Both the position numbers and the translations under genes were made by a program. Below, piece after piece: positions 48,355 through 57,946 of a stretch of 64,000 bases of DNA. Within the stretch, counting starts at the first letter, position 1, and every line of letters starts with the position of its first letter. The notes beneath the pieces are model-generated. The model did not search any database. It saw nothing but the letters and a program-made list of their open reading frames with translations, and was not told the origin of the DNA. Source of the DNA: Promethearchaeota archaeon (GTDB lineage Archaea; Asgardarchaeota; Lokiarchaeia; Sigyniarchaeales; SOKP01); assembly GCA_016839555.1 (NCBI GenBank), contig JAEOUA010000006.1:187982-251981 (forward strand), written 5' to 3'.

Positions 48355-49206
48355 TCATAATTGTTTCCTCTTGAAAATTATTGCTGCTAAAGTGAAAGAG
48401 ACTCCCGCATAGATCAGCATAATTAATATCCCCGCTAAAATCGTAGGTGTTTGCCATGTCCTCATAGCAAACCTTCCAAATGATATCTCAGTAAATCTTT
48501 CTTCAACTGTGGTAGGGAAGTCTTCATAAATAATCGAACCCATTAATCTGCCAGCATAATCTAATGAGTAAAGAGGTTCTATTTCCGGAGAGAGTAGCGT
48601 TAAGAGCTGTGTAACTATACTAAAACCCACAAGCAAAACCAATATAGAGGATATAATCGTTATATTTACTGTTTTCATAACAGAGCTAAATAAAACAACC
48701 ACACAACTTACAGAAAAGATAAATAACAAAGCAATTCCGAAGGAATAAAAAATGGTAATAGGGATGGGGCCTCCATAATAGTAAAAACCAGCTAATATTG
48801 CTATAAAATAAAAAATTGCCGATAATCCAATCATTAAAGTATAATTCGCAAAATATTTTCCAATAATCAATTTATACCTATTTATTTTCGGAAACATGAT
48901 ATATCCCGTTTCATTATCATATTCTGAGCAAATAATACCAGAGAATAAAAGACATATGGCGAAAATGAGCATATAAGAAAAAATACTGACTGGACCTCCT
49001 CCAATACTGTTATTCAAATATTCAATGAGATTTTCTGGAAGTGGATTTCCAGAAACTAAAGAGTTTGGTAATACGCATGATATTAAACCTACAGCAACCA
49101 TGACTATTGCGAAAAATACGAACTTTTTCCATTGTTTCTTTAATATGAAAAAATATGTATAAGAAATGGGACGGAGTTCCCGTGACAAATAACTTAATGT
49201 TTTCAT
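48355..49206 (-). CDS. ABC-2 type transporter permease
   Basis: 283 aa with 6 TM helices; start/stop abuts the ATPase gene. Confidence 0.6.
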   Translation of the reverse strand: MKTLSYLSRELRPISYTYFFILKKQWKKFVFFAIVMVAVGLISCVLPNSLVSGNPLPENLIEYLNNSIGGGPVSIFSYMLIFAICLLFSGIICSEYDNETGYIMFPKINRYKLIIGKYFANYTLMIGLSAIFYFIAILAGFYYYGGPIPITIFYSFGIALLFIFSVSCVVVLFSSVMKTVNITIISSILVLLVGFSIVTQLLTLLSPEIEPLYSLDYAGRLMGSIIYEDFPTTVEERFTEISFGRFAMRTWQTPTILAGILIMLIYAGVSFTLAAIIFKRKQL

Positions 49207-50258
49207 TATATTACCCTCCCTTCTTCTATTTGAGATCGAGTAGGCTCTTTTTGGATTAATTCTTCATATATTCTTTCTAATTGAGCTGTTCTAGGTTGAG
49301 AGAATGATGTAACTTTAAAATCAGATTGGAATTCTTGTAATAAAATTTTTAGTATTTCCGCTTTCGACTCATTTTTGCCGTCAAAATAGATTCTAAATTC
49401 TTTAGTTAGTGGATAATAATTTATAGATTGTTTAGATATATTAGGATCTAAACTTTTAACCAAATAGGGATTTAATTTCTGGATCATCTTATTTTGTATT
49501 TCTGGTAAATCTGCCTCCTTTATCTCATTAAGAATGTTTACAATTACTTCATTTGTTCTCAGATTTACTCCTAAATTTTCAATCGTATCAAATTTAATTA
49601 TTTTGCCAAGATTAATCAAAGCAATCTTATTGCAAATTTCCGAAATTTCATGAAGAAGATGAGAAGCTAGAAAAATAGTTTTTCCTCTCGCTTGTAATAG
49701 TTTTAAGAACCTTCGAAGCTCGAGTCGAGCATTAGGATCTAAGCCCATTTGTGGTTCATCCAGAATAATAATCTCAGGATCATGGATTATTGCTTGAATA
49801 ATTCCTAGTTTTTGATTCATCCCTTTAGAGAACTTATCAACTCTGGTATATTTCCATTGGTATAGATTAAAAAGTTTAAGCAATTCATCTATGCGATCAT
49901 CTATTTTATTCCTTGGATAATCAGTAAGTTTCGCAAAATACTTCAATAAATCATATGCTGTCATTTTATAAAAGGAGGGGATATCGATTAGAAAGCCCTG
50001 AGGTATTAAGTGTCGTGAATTTTTCACGAGATTTTGAAGATTCCCCTTCTGATTTTTTATTAGAATTTCCCCTTTATCCGGTTTTAGGATATTTGCGATC
50101 ATTTTTATGGTTGTTGTTTTTCCGGCTCCATTTGGACCAACCAATCCGATGAGCTCACCTTTTTGAACTTCCAGATTTATATTATCCACTGCTTTTAGTT
50201 TTCCATAGCTTTTACTTAAATTAACCAGTTTCAAAATAGTTTCAGATATTGTTTTCAC
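49206..50258 (-). CDS. ABC transporter ATP-binding protein with C-terminal accessory domain
   Basis: Walker A GLVGPNGAGKTTT, signature LSKGMNQKL, Walker B IIILDEPQMGLD. Confidence 0.85.
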   Translation of the reverse strand: MKTISETILKLVNLSKSYGKLKAVDNINLEVQKGELIGLVGPNGAGKTTTIKMIANILKPDKGEILIKNQKGNLQNLVKNSRHLIPQGFLIDIPSFYKMTAYDLLKYFAKLTDYPRNKIDDRIDELLKLFNLYQWKYTRVDKFSKGMNQKLGIIQAIIHDPEIIILDEPQMGLDPNARLELRRFLKLLQARGKTIFLASHLLHEISEICNKIALINLGKIIKFDTIENLGVNLRTNEVIVNILNEIKEADLPEIQNKMIQKLNPYLVKSLDPNISKQSINYYPLTKEFRIYFDGKNESKAEILKILLQEFQSDFKVTSFSQPRTAQLERIYEELIQKEPTRSQIEEGRVI

Positions 50259-50582
50259 CTTTTTTCATAATCTCTTTCGAGTTTTTTAGTAGTTTTTATT
50301 TGATTTTTTTTAAAGTATAATTATTTGAAGGATAAGTGCTTGTTTTTTAATAGATAATTTAGACCTTTTTCAAATAATTTTTTAGAGATTATTCTAATTT
50401 AAAAGGTAAAAATTATTATAGATACTTAAATGCTTTCGCACCAATCTTCCAATAAAAGGTTGTTATCAGACCATTGGTATGAAATATTTTAAGAATAATT
50501 ATAAATAATTATATTAGGATAGCATTAATACAATGGCTTTAGCAGAGTGAACCTAATATAACTTCATCATTCCCTTTAAGAT

Positions 50583-50900
50583 TTGATTACAATGGATAAG
50601 AAAAAATATAGAACTGCAAATATCATTATTCAGACCATTTTAGAGGGAATTATAAGAGCAGAGCGAAACAGAGCAAATGAAAAAAAGGGAATTGTGAAAT
50701 CTCATCTCATTGATTATTGTAAATTAAAAACTTCAACCGCAGAGAAATATTTATCAAAATTAATAAATGCGGGATATATTGATTCTTATGAGGAACCATG
50801 GGGTGAGAGAACTATTAATATTTATAAAACGACAGAAAAAGGCAGAGAACGATATGAATGGTTTGTAAAGATTAATACAGAGATGGGGGAAACAATTTAA
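50583..50900 (+). CDS. Small winged-helix transcriptional regulator (PadR/archaeal wHTH-like), paralog A
   Basis: 105 aa; the helix-turn-helix-wing pattern (LIDYCKLKTSTAEKYLSKLINAGYIDS...INIYKTTEKG) is shared with the protein at 57548. Confidence 0.45.
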   Translation: MITMDKKKYRTANIIIQTILEGIIRAERNRANEKKGIVKSHLIDYCKLKTSTAEKYLSKLINAGYIDSYEEPWGERTINIYKTTEKGRERYEWFVKINTEMGETI

Positions 50901-50935
50901 TGAATGAATATAAAAAAATAAAAATATAAGTTAGA

Positions 50936-51649
50936 ATGAAATTGACTGAAAAAGAAAAAAATAATAAAAATAATCTAGAAAAAAAATCTTCGTGGTACTT
51001 AAAATTAGAAGAAAGTGGAATAAATTATATCAATAAATATAAATATTATTTGATTTTAAGCGCTTTACTTCCAATATTTCTTATTATTATTCAAATAATC
51101 AATACCTCTTTCATTGCATTAGTAGAAAAGGATATACCGCTAATAGGCTTCAAGTATTTGATAGGATTTGAAATATTTGCTCCAAGATTTAAACTGATGA
51201 CTATATCAGTGATTGGTTTGGTTAAATTTATTTACCTATTTAACTGGAATAGAAAGCTTATTGATTATCGAGAACAATATAAAAATTTCATGAAAAATAA
51301 CAATTCCGTGAAGGAGGAACCCCTCCCAAAAGAAAGTTTTCCTCTTACCAGATTATTTTATGAGATTATCTCACAAATGAAGATTTCCAAGGTAATCTTC
51401 ATTCTTATTAATGTAATTTGCTTTGTCTATTTTTTCTGGAATTTTGTATTTTTCTTAGTATCTCCTCCCATCCCTCAACCATTATTTCCATTATTTCGTA
51501 TAATTGGATTATTTAATTTTATCTCTCAGTTGATTTTGATTGCTTATTTAATTTTTGAATGGAGACACTTTTATCGTTGGAATAAAAAATTAAAGAAACT
51601 ATCTAATTTTGAGAAAAAAATATATTCCGAATTATTTCAATCTGAATAA
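50936..51649 (+). CDS. 4-TM membrane protein partnered with wHTH regulator (module A)
   Basis: 237 aa with a TM1-TM2-loop-TM3-TM4 topology similar to the ORF at 56795. Confidence 0.4.
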   Translation: MKLTEKEKNNKNNLEKKSSWYLKLEESGINYINKYKYYLILSALLPIFLIIIQIINTSFIALVEKDIPLIGFKYLIGFEIFAPRFKLMTISVIGLVKFIYLFNWNRKLIDYREQYKNFMKNNNSVKEEPLPKESFPLTRLFYEIISQMKISKVIFILINVICFVYFFWNFVFFLVSPPIPQPLFPLFRIIGLFNFISQLILIAYLIFEWRHFYRWNKKLKKLSNFEKKIYSELFQSE

Positions 51650-51778
51650 TATAAGAAATTTCTCAAATTATTTTTTCTAAGTAAAAATATTTTCAATTCT
51701 CTCTAATTACTCATAATTAGATATTTTAATTTTCAAGATTTATCTGTTTTAAAATTAATAAAAATTATATAAATTAAA

Positions 51779-52699
51779 GTGTTTTTTTTGAGTCATAATG
51801 AAAGAAAAGCTAAAGAAATAGATAATGCAATAATTCATATTGATCTAGAGGGCTGCATTAAATGTAAAGCTTGTATAGATGTATGTCCAGCACGATTATA
51901 TTATTTTAAATCGGATCAATTGCAAATTTTGGATATATTTGAGGATACCTGTATTGAATGCGGGCATTGCACTGCTATATGCCCGGTGGAAGTTATTCAC
52001 TTAAAAATTCATCAAGATAAACTATTAGAAAACGTTAAACCAAGAGAAAGTCTTCCCTCCTATGAAGAATTTTATAATCTATCATTTAATAGGAGATCTA
52101 TAAGGCAATTCAAAGAAGAGCCTATTCCTAAAGATCTATTCGAAAAATTATTAAAAATCGTTAATTATTCACCTACTGCAAGTAATAGCGAGAATGTGTG
52201 TCTAACTATCATACAAGATAAACAAAGAGTATCAAAAATTTCGGAAACTATTACCACTCAAATGAAAAATTTTATTACATTAGCCGAGACACCCCAAGGA
52301 CAAAAGGCATTAGAAGAAATGCTATCAAAACAAGTATATAAGACGGCAATGGAGCGTCTCCCACAAATTAAGGACATCCTTAAGATTATTAATCAAGGAG
52401 TAGATTTCTGGTGTTGGAATGGTGAACTTATTATTTTGCATGGGGACATAGAAACAGATTTTATAAAAGAAAATTGTTCATTAGCTGCGGCCCATATAAT
52501 GCTTGCTGCAGAATTATTGGATTTGGCTACTTGTTCCTTAGGTTTTCTTACTTATTTCTCTAATCAATTTCCACAAATTAAAAAATTATTAAAGGTCCCA
52601 AATAAAAATCATATTGGATATGCTCTCGCTATAGGATATCCTGATGTTGAGTATAAAAGGATTCCAGCGAGAAAACCACTAAAAATAGAATGGATTTGA
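51779..52699 (+). CDS. 2x[4Fe-4S] ferredoxin domain fused to nitroreductase-family flavoenzyme
   Basis: CIKCKACIDVCP and CIECGHCTAICP cluster motifs, then the nitroreductase signature RRSIRQFKEEPIP...VNYSPTASN. Confidence 0.75.
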   Translation: MFFLSHNERKAKEIDNAIIHIDLEGCIKCKACIDVCPARLYYFKSDQLQILDIFEDTCIECGHCTAICPVEVIHLKIHQDKLLENVKPRESLPSYEEFYNLSFNRRSIRQFKEEPIPKDLFEKLLKIVNYSPTASNSENVCLTIIQDKQRVSKISETITTQMKNFITLAETPQGQKALEEMLSKQVYKTAMERLPQIKDILKIINQGVDFWCWNGELIILHGDIETDFIKENCSLAAAHIMLAAELLDLATCSLGFLTYFSNQFPQIKKLLKVPNKNHIGYALAIGYPDVEYKRIPARKPLKIEWI

Positions 52700-52725
52700 T
52701 TTAACTTTAAGGTGATCCAAAAAAA

Positions 52726-53010
52726 ATGAAAGAGATAGTATTGAGAGATGAAAAATGGGGGGAAAATGAGCATCATATTTTAAAGGCAGTGTTAAAGGAT
52801 AATGGTGAATTAGTGTTTGAGGGTATTGATATGGGAGATTCGGTTAAGGAAAGGTTTGATGATTTTGATTTTGAATACTGGCATACCATAGAAGAAAAAT
52901 ACATACACGATATTTTGTTATTTCTCATTAAAGAGAAATTTAATAAAATCTCAGAAGTGTTAAAGTGGTTAAAAAGTAAAAATATTCCCTATACTTCTCA
53001 GAGTTTTTAG
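52726..53010 (+). CDS. Hypothetical small acidic protein
   Basis: 94-aa ORF with Shine-Dalgarno-like aaggtga upstream. Confidence 0.3.
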   Translation: MKEIVLRDEKWGENEHHILKAVLKDNGELVFEGIDMGDSVKERFDDFDFEYWHTIEEKYIHDILLFLIKEKFNKISEVLKWLKSKNIPYTSQSF

Positions 53011-53034
53011 CGCATTTTTTTAAGAACTTTATAA

Positions 53035-54528
53035 TTATCTTTCTAATTTTTTACCCCTAATCATGCTAAATTCTACATTATCTCCCGTTTTTTCTCTCCA
53101 TTTTTTTAGTCTGTTTTTCATATCTTCGAGCATATCTTTATAATCATTTTTATTAATTAAATTTTGTAATTCCCAAGGATCATTTTTTAAATCATAGAGT
53201 TCATCCATATATCCTTCATTATAGATATATTTATAGCGGTCAGTAATCACTAATCTTCCCACAATAGTAGTAAAATGGCCATGGGTTTCGACGAAAAGAT
53301 CTTCCCTCCAGTCAATATCCGCTTTCGTACATAGGGGCAAAAGACTTTTGCCATCGATGGGGTTATCAAATGATGTTTCTGCAATATCTAAAAAAGTGGG
53401 TCCGTAATCTACATTGCTTACTAAATTCTCGCAGGGTCCCGGCTCAAATAAATCGGGATATCTCATAGCTAAGGGAACTCGTATTAATTCTTGTGGCATA
53501 TAAGCATCTTTATCAAAATGTCCTCCATGACATGCAAGCGCATCGCCATGGTCAGCTGCCCATATGACAACTGTATTGTCTGTTAGTCCCAATTCATCTA
53601 ATGTATTTAAAAGAATACCACCTGCTTCATCAATTAAAGTTTGTTCAGCGTAATTTACTGCTAATACTTTTTGCCATTCTTCCCATGGTAAGGGATTTGG
53701 TAAAATAAGTTGTTTATCTTTACTTAAGAGATATCCATTTTGTTTTTTATAGAGTTCTGGCTTACTATCCAAATGATCTATAAAATTAGGGTGCTGAGGG
53801 ATTTTTTCAGGATCATACATATCTATATATTCTTGAGATGCAACATATGGCTCATGCGGACCCCAAAAATCAATACGCATATGAAATGGTTGCTTATTTC
53901 CCTCTTTTGCGATTTTTTTTAAAGTATCACACGCCATACTCACCAAAAAAAAAGCCTCATGAGTTTCTTTTGGCGTGGTCATTACAGAGGAGACATATTC
54001 TGAATACGCCGGAAATTTGAAAGAATAGAGATCTCCCTCTTTTATTCCGAGATTTCTCGAAATAGGGTCAATAAAATTCTTTTTAATACGAACTTGAATA
54101 TATTCCAAATCATTTTCTTTTAAATACTTCTTATATTCGGGAGTGGTGTAGGGATTTCCATATCCAGGTACAGAAAACCCTTTACAATTGAAATCCAAAG
54201 CCGTACCTCTTCCCGCATGCCACTTACCAAAATAATAGTTTTCATAGCCTGCATGCGCTAATTTATCAAAATATAATTCATCTTTATAATCTTCATTTGA
54301 CTCATTTTTTATTTCACCATGATTATGCGGATAAAGCCCCGTTAAAAGGGTTCTTCGAGCAGGTCCACATAGGGGGGATGCAGTATAAGAATTGGTGAAC
54401 TCAACCCCTTCTTTCGCTACTCTCTCAAAGTTCGGTTTATGAATCTCTGGACCATGACCCATTTGCCCATGCCCATAATATGCCTTATGATCTTCAAAAA
54501 GTAGAATAATATTTGGTTTTTTGCTCAT
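53035..54528 (-). CDS. Formylglycine-dependent sulfatase (arylsulfatase, alkaline-phosphatase superfamily)
   Basis: N-terminal PNIILLFEDH and the sulfatase signature SPLCGPARRTLLTGLYPHNHG (C-x-P-x-R). Confidence 0.85.
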   Translation of the reverse strand: MSKKPNIILLFEDHKAYYGHGQMGHGPEIHKPNFERVAKEGVEFTNSYTASPLCGPARRTLLTGLYPHNHGEIKNESNEDYKDELYFDKLAHAGYENYYFGKWHAGRGTALDFNCKGFSVPGYGNPYTTPEYKKYLKENDLEYIQVRIKKNFIDPISRNLGIKEGDLYSFKFPAYSEYVSSVMTTPKETHEAFFLVSMACDTLKKIAKEGNKQPFHMRIDFWGPHEPYVASQEYIDMYDPEKIPQHPNFIDHLDSKPELYKKQNGYLLSKDKQLILPNPLPWEEWQKVLAVNYAEQTLIDEAGGILLNTLDELGLTDNTVVIWAADHGDALACHGGHFDKDAYMPQELIRVPLAMRYPDLFEPGPCENLVSNVDYGPTFLDIAETSFDNPIDGKSLLPLCTKADIDWREDLFVETHGHFTTIVGRLVITDRYKYIYNEGYMDELYDLKNDPWELQNLINKNDYKDMLEDMKNRLKKWREKTGDNVEFSMIRGKKLER

Positions 54529-54886
54529 ATTACTTAATTTAATTTTAAAAAATTATATAGTTTTTTTATTATATTCCTATAGTGAATAAAAAAGTATTAA
54601 GGTTTTTAAAAAGAGATTAAATTATACACTAACTCTCATCAGTTTTATAATCAATAGGTACTTGGATTTCAGTTATTTATTCTTCTTGCTTTTTTTCTCT
54701 AAGATTAGTTAAAAAAATAAAGTTTTTTAAAATAAAGAAAATAATAGGATTATAGTTTAAAATTCTTATTTATATATTTTTTAATTATATAAAATATATT
54801 TTCAATTTTAATATCATATCTTATCAACAGATTTAGTAAAAAATTTGTATTAACCTTCCTTAAAAGGTATAAGAATATAGAAATAC

Positions 54887-55468
54887 TTGAAGAGTATGGA
54901 TGAATTAATAAAAATATTACGAAATTCGATTGAAGGGGAAAAAGTAGCAAATTTTAAATATGAATTATTTTCAGAACAAGCACTAAAAGAAAATTTGCCA
55001 GTGATTGCGTATGTATTTAAGGTAGTAGCATATGCAGAAACCATCCATTTAAGGATTCATATGGATTCCCTTGAACGAATTAAAGAAGATTCTTCGGCAA
55101 TCGAAAAACAAATACAAATAAATAAAGTAGAATTGAAAAATCAAGTCAATAGGACAATAGTAAACTTATTAAATTCTCGAGTAAGTGAAACTTTTGAATT
55201 TTTAGATAAATACAGGAATTTTGCGTTAATAGCAAAAAAATACCAGGAACCGATAATCGAAAAGAATTTTTCAAACGTAAAACGAGCAGAACGTTCTCAT
55301 GCTGAATTATTTCAAGATTATTTGATTTTTCTGGATGATAATAAAGAAATCGAATTTAAAAAACTCTATGTTTGCGAGAAATGTGGGACTGTTAGAACCG
55401 AAATTCCATCAGAAAGATGTCCAGGTTGTGAAAATCTTTCTAATTTCTTTATTGAAATACATAAATAG
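54887..55468 (+). CDS. Rubrerythrin-like diiron protein with C-terminal rubredoxin-type CxxC...CxxC
   Basis: Ferritin-like ExxH motifs (AYAETIHLR, AERSHAELF). C-terminal CEKCG...CPGC. Confidence 0.65.
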   Translation: MKSMDELIKILRNSIEGEKVANFKYELFSEQALKENLPVIAYVFKVVAYAETIHLRIHMDSLERIKEDSSAIEKQIQINKVELKNQVNRTIVNLLNSRVSETFEFLDKYRNFALIAKKYQEPIIEKNFSNVKRAERSHAELFQDYLIFLDDNKEIEFKKLYVCEKCGTVRTEIPSERCPGCENLSNFFIEIHK

Positions 55469-55632
55469 CTCATTATTTATACGCTCTTTCTATCGTAACA
55501 TATCAGAATTTAGGACCATTTTATCGAGATTAATAAAATATTATTTCAAGATATAAAAAATATAATAAACATATTTTATTTGAGCTTTTATTATCAAATT
55601 GTAATTTATCCCAATATATAGGAGTTTAATAG

Positions 55633-56094
55633 ATGTTGGAATTAAATCAAGAGAAAATTCATGTAAAATCTAAGCCAGAATTAGAAAAAAAGGAGTCATT
55701 TATTCCCAGAATGTATAGCCTCACTCATTCTGATATCACTGGTGATTTATTCCTAACGGTTGATATGGAGTATGAGGAGGAGGAGCTTTCCAATTTTTAT
55801 ACTAAAATAATGCGTGATGAAGTGCTAGCACAATGGCAGATCAACAATGGAGTAGATGAATTTCATATATATGTTCATGTAAGTGGAGGATTCGTCATTA
55901 GATGGGCGGGAATGAGAGATAGAATCCTCCGGCATTATTTACCTCATACAATAAGAGTTATGAGATATGGTGATGCTCAATTGTTTGATACATTTCCTTT
56001 TTTGGATGACGCACCTATCTTCGTTCATTTTAAATCAAATAAAAAAAAATATAATAAAGTTGAGAAATACGGGATATTTAAAGACTATACCTAA
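55633..56094 (+). CDS. Hypothetical protein
   Basis: 153-aa ORF with Shine-Dalgarno-like ataggag upstream; no recognised motif. Confidence 0.3.
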   Translation: MLELNQEKIHVKSKPELEKKESFIPRMYSLTHSDITGDLFLTVDMEYEEEELSNFYTKIMRDEVLAQWQINNGVDEFHIYVHVSGGFVIRWAGMRDRILRHYLPHTIRVMRYGDAQLFDTFPFLDDAPIFVHFKSNKKKYNKVEKYGIFKDYT

Positions 56095-56173
56095 TTTAGA
56101 TTAGTTTATAGCGAATAACAGGTTTCATATAATTCTATTTGTATTTAAAAAATATTACAAAAGGTACATAAAA

Positions 56174-56632
56174 ATGATTCATGAAGAGAATACAAAAGTA
56201 AGTATTAAATTAGATAAGGATCTGATATTTAAGTCCAAATTTGATTTTGAGAAAACAAATGAAATTTTTATCGACGAAACTTTAGAAAAATCGGGACAAT
56301 TGATTGGTCCTGATGCTGCAAGCTTATTAGGAATGGCGATTATAAGTTGCTTGAGTGCAAGTTTTTTATTTTGCTTGTATAAGCGAGATCTCTCTCTCGA
56401 CGATTTAGAAGCGCATGCAGATATTTCATTTTTTAAAAATGATAAGGGATATACTAGAATACATCAAATTAATGTGAAAATCATTCCAAAAACAGATAAT
56501 CCTAATGTATTAAAGCGAATAAAACAATGTACACGAGAAATGCGAAGCGGAGATATGTTTTTTGAAGAAACATGCATAATTACCCCCTCAGTAAAAGAAG
56601 GCATTATGATTAATGTCAATGTGGATATTTAA
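56174..56632 (+). CDS. OsmC/Ohr-family peroxiredoxin-like protein
   Basis: GPDAASLLGMAIISCLSASFLFCL matches the OsmC Cys-containing core motif. Confidence 0.6.
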   Translation: MIHEENTKVSIKLDKDLIFKSKFDFEKTNEIFIDETLEKSGQLIGPDAASLLGMAIISCLSASFLFCLYKRDLSLDDLEAHADISFFKNDKGYTRIHQINVKIIPKTDNPNVLKRIKQCTREMRSGDMFFEETCIITPSVKEGIMINVNVDI

Positions 56633-56794
56633 CCTTATTATATTTCCGGTAGAAAATATTATTAAGGGCTTATTGCAGAAATTAATTAATAAATTCATTA
56701 AAATGAGGATTATAAGTCCCTAGCCATTATTTATCCTTACATACTTAAATAGGATTATGCCCTTGTATTATTTAATACCTTTTGAGGTAATATT

Positions 56795-57526
56795 ATGAAA
56801 GGTCTGGATAATAAAAAAAATAGATTACTAGATAGCCAAAAATTATTATTTGGAAAATTAAAGAAATTAAATCAATTATTTAAAATACATTATACATCAT
56901 TAGTTTTGTTTTTCTTATTTGCCCTTAGTAATATTATTTTTTGGATGGCTTTATTAATTATAGGACAAGCTAAACCGGAATTATTTCAGAGATATGGCAT
57001 CTTCGGAATGGTAGTGACTTTTATTCTAATAATCGTTCTTTTTCTTCTATTAATTGTTTTAGCACTACAAATATATTATTATAGTTTTTTTATTATTAGA
57101 GGAGATCGCTCTCTTAAACAGTTTAAAGGTGATAAAGAGGCGAAAAATACTCATTATAATGGAATAGTCCCTTATATTAATAATTTCTATGCCTTTTTCA
57201 ATCGATATTCAAAAGAGAAAACAAATTATAGTCAATTAGTTTTTAGCTTTTTATTAGTCAATTTCTTTTTGGGATTTTTTATATTTTTTATAGCCACGCG
57301 ATTCATCGATCCTAGTATTACGATGTTATCGGTAAAAATTTGCGGTCCTATATTATTCCTCCTGATGGTAATCTCTTGGATCATGGACATAATAATCTCA
57401 ATGAAAATTAGAATTAAAATCGTGAAATGGGAAAATCTTTTTCCTAAATTAGAAGAATGGGCTCAAGAATTAGAAAAAAATTTTATAAGAAATTCGAATC
57501 ATAAAGATAAGGAGGATGCCTTATAA
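56795..57526 (+). CDS. 4-TM membrane protein partnered with wHTH regulator (module B)
   Basis: 243 aa; same topology class as the ORF at 50936; directly followed by the wHTH gene. Confidence 0.4.
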   Translation: MKGLDNKKNRLLDSQKLLFGKLKKLNQLFKIHYTSLVLFFLFALSNIIFWMALLIIGQAKPELFQRYGIFGMVVTFILIIVLFLLLIVLALQIYYYSFFIIRGDRSLKQFKGDKEAKNTHYNGIVPYINNFYAFFNRYSKEKTNYSQLVFSFLLVNFFLGFFIFFIATRFIDPSITMLSVKICGPILFLLMVISWIMDIIISMKIRIKIVKWENLFPKLEEWAQELEKNFIRNSNHKDKEDAL

Positions 57527-57547
57527 TTCTTAGGTTGGTGTTTTTCA

Positions 57548-57841
57548 ATGAGCTCTTCAAGGCGTAGTAAATTCGAAATTTGGTCCGAGATATTAGAATA
57601 TTGTTTAAGAAAAAAAAGAAGTCAAACATGGCTATTACGAAATACCCGTTTAAATACTAATGCAATAAAAGATAATCTTCAATTTCTCTTATCTCGAAAT
57701 TTAATTGACCAGATAAATGAGGGTGAGGTAATAAAATATCATATAACATATAAAGGGGAAGAAGCATTACAGAAATTTTATACTCTAATAAATGATTATT
57801 TTAATTTAAATCAAGAAAGTAGAAAAAAAAAGAATTATTAA
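57548..57841 (+). CDS. Small winged-helix transcriptional regulator, paralog B
   Basis: 97 aa; shares its pattern with the protein at 50583 (...NLQFLLSRNLIDQINEGEVIKYHITYKGEEAL). Confidence 0.45.
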   Translation: MSSSRRSKFEIWSEILEYCLRKKRSQTWLLRNTRLNTNAIKDNLQFLLSRNLIDQINEGEVIKYHITYKGEEALQKFYTLINDYFNLNQESRKKKNY

Positions 57842-57946
57842 ATAAAACATATTTTTAAATTATTTCTTTTTTTTTAAACTTTTAACTACTACATTTATAA
57901 TAGTTAGAAAAAAAAGGGGATATAAAAAAAATAAGGATTTTGGATC

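Noticed and set aside
53740-54020. Two 60-aa plus-strand ORFs inside the arylsulfatase gene
   Set aside because: Antisense to a strong CDS.
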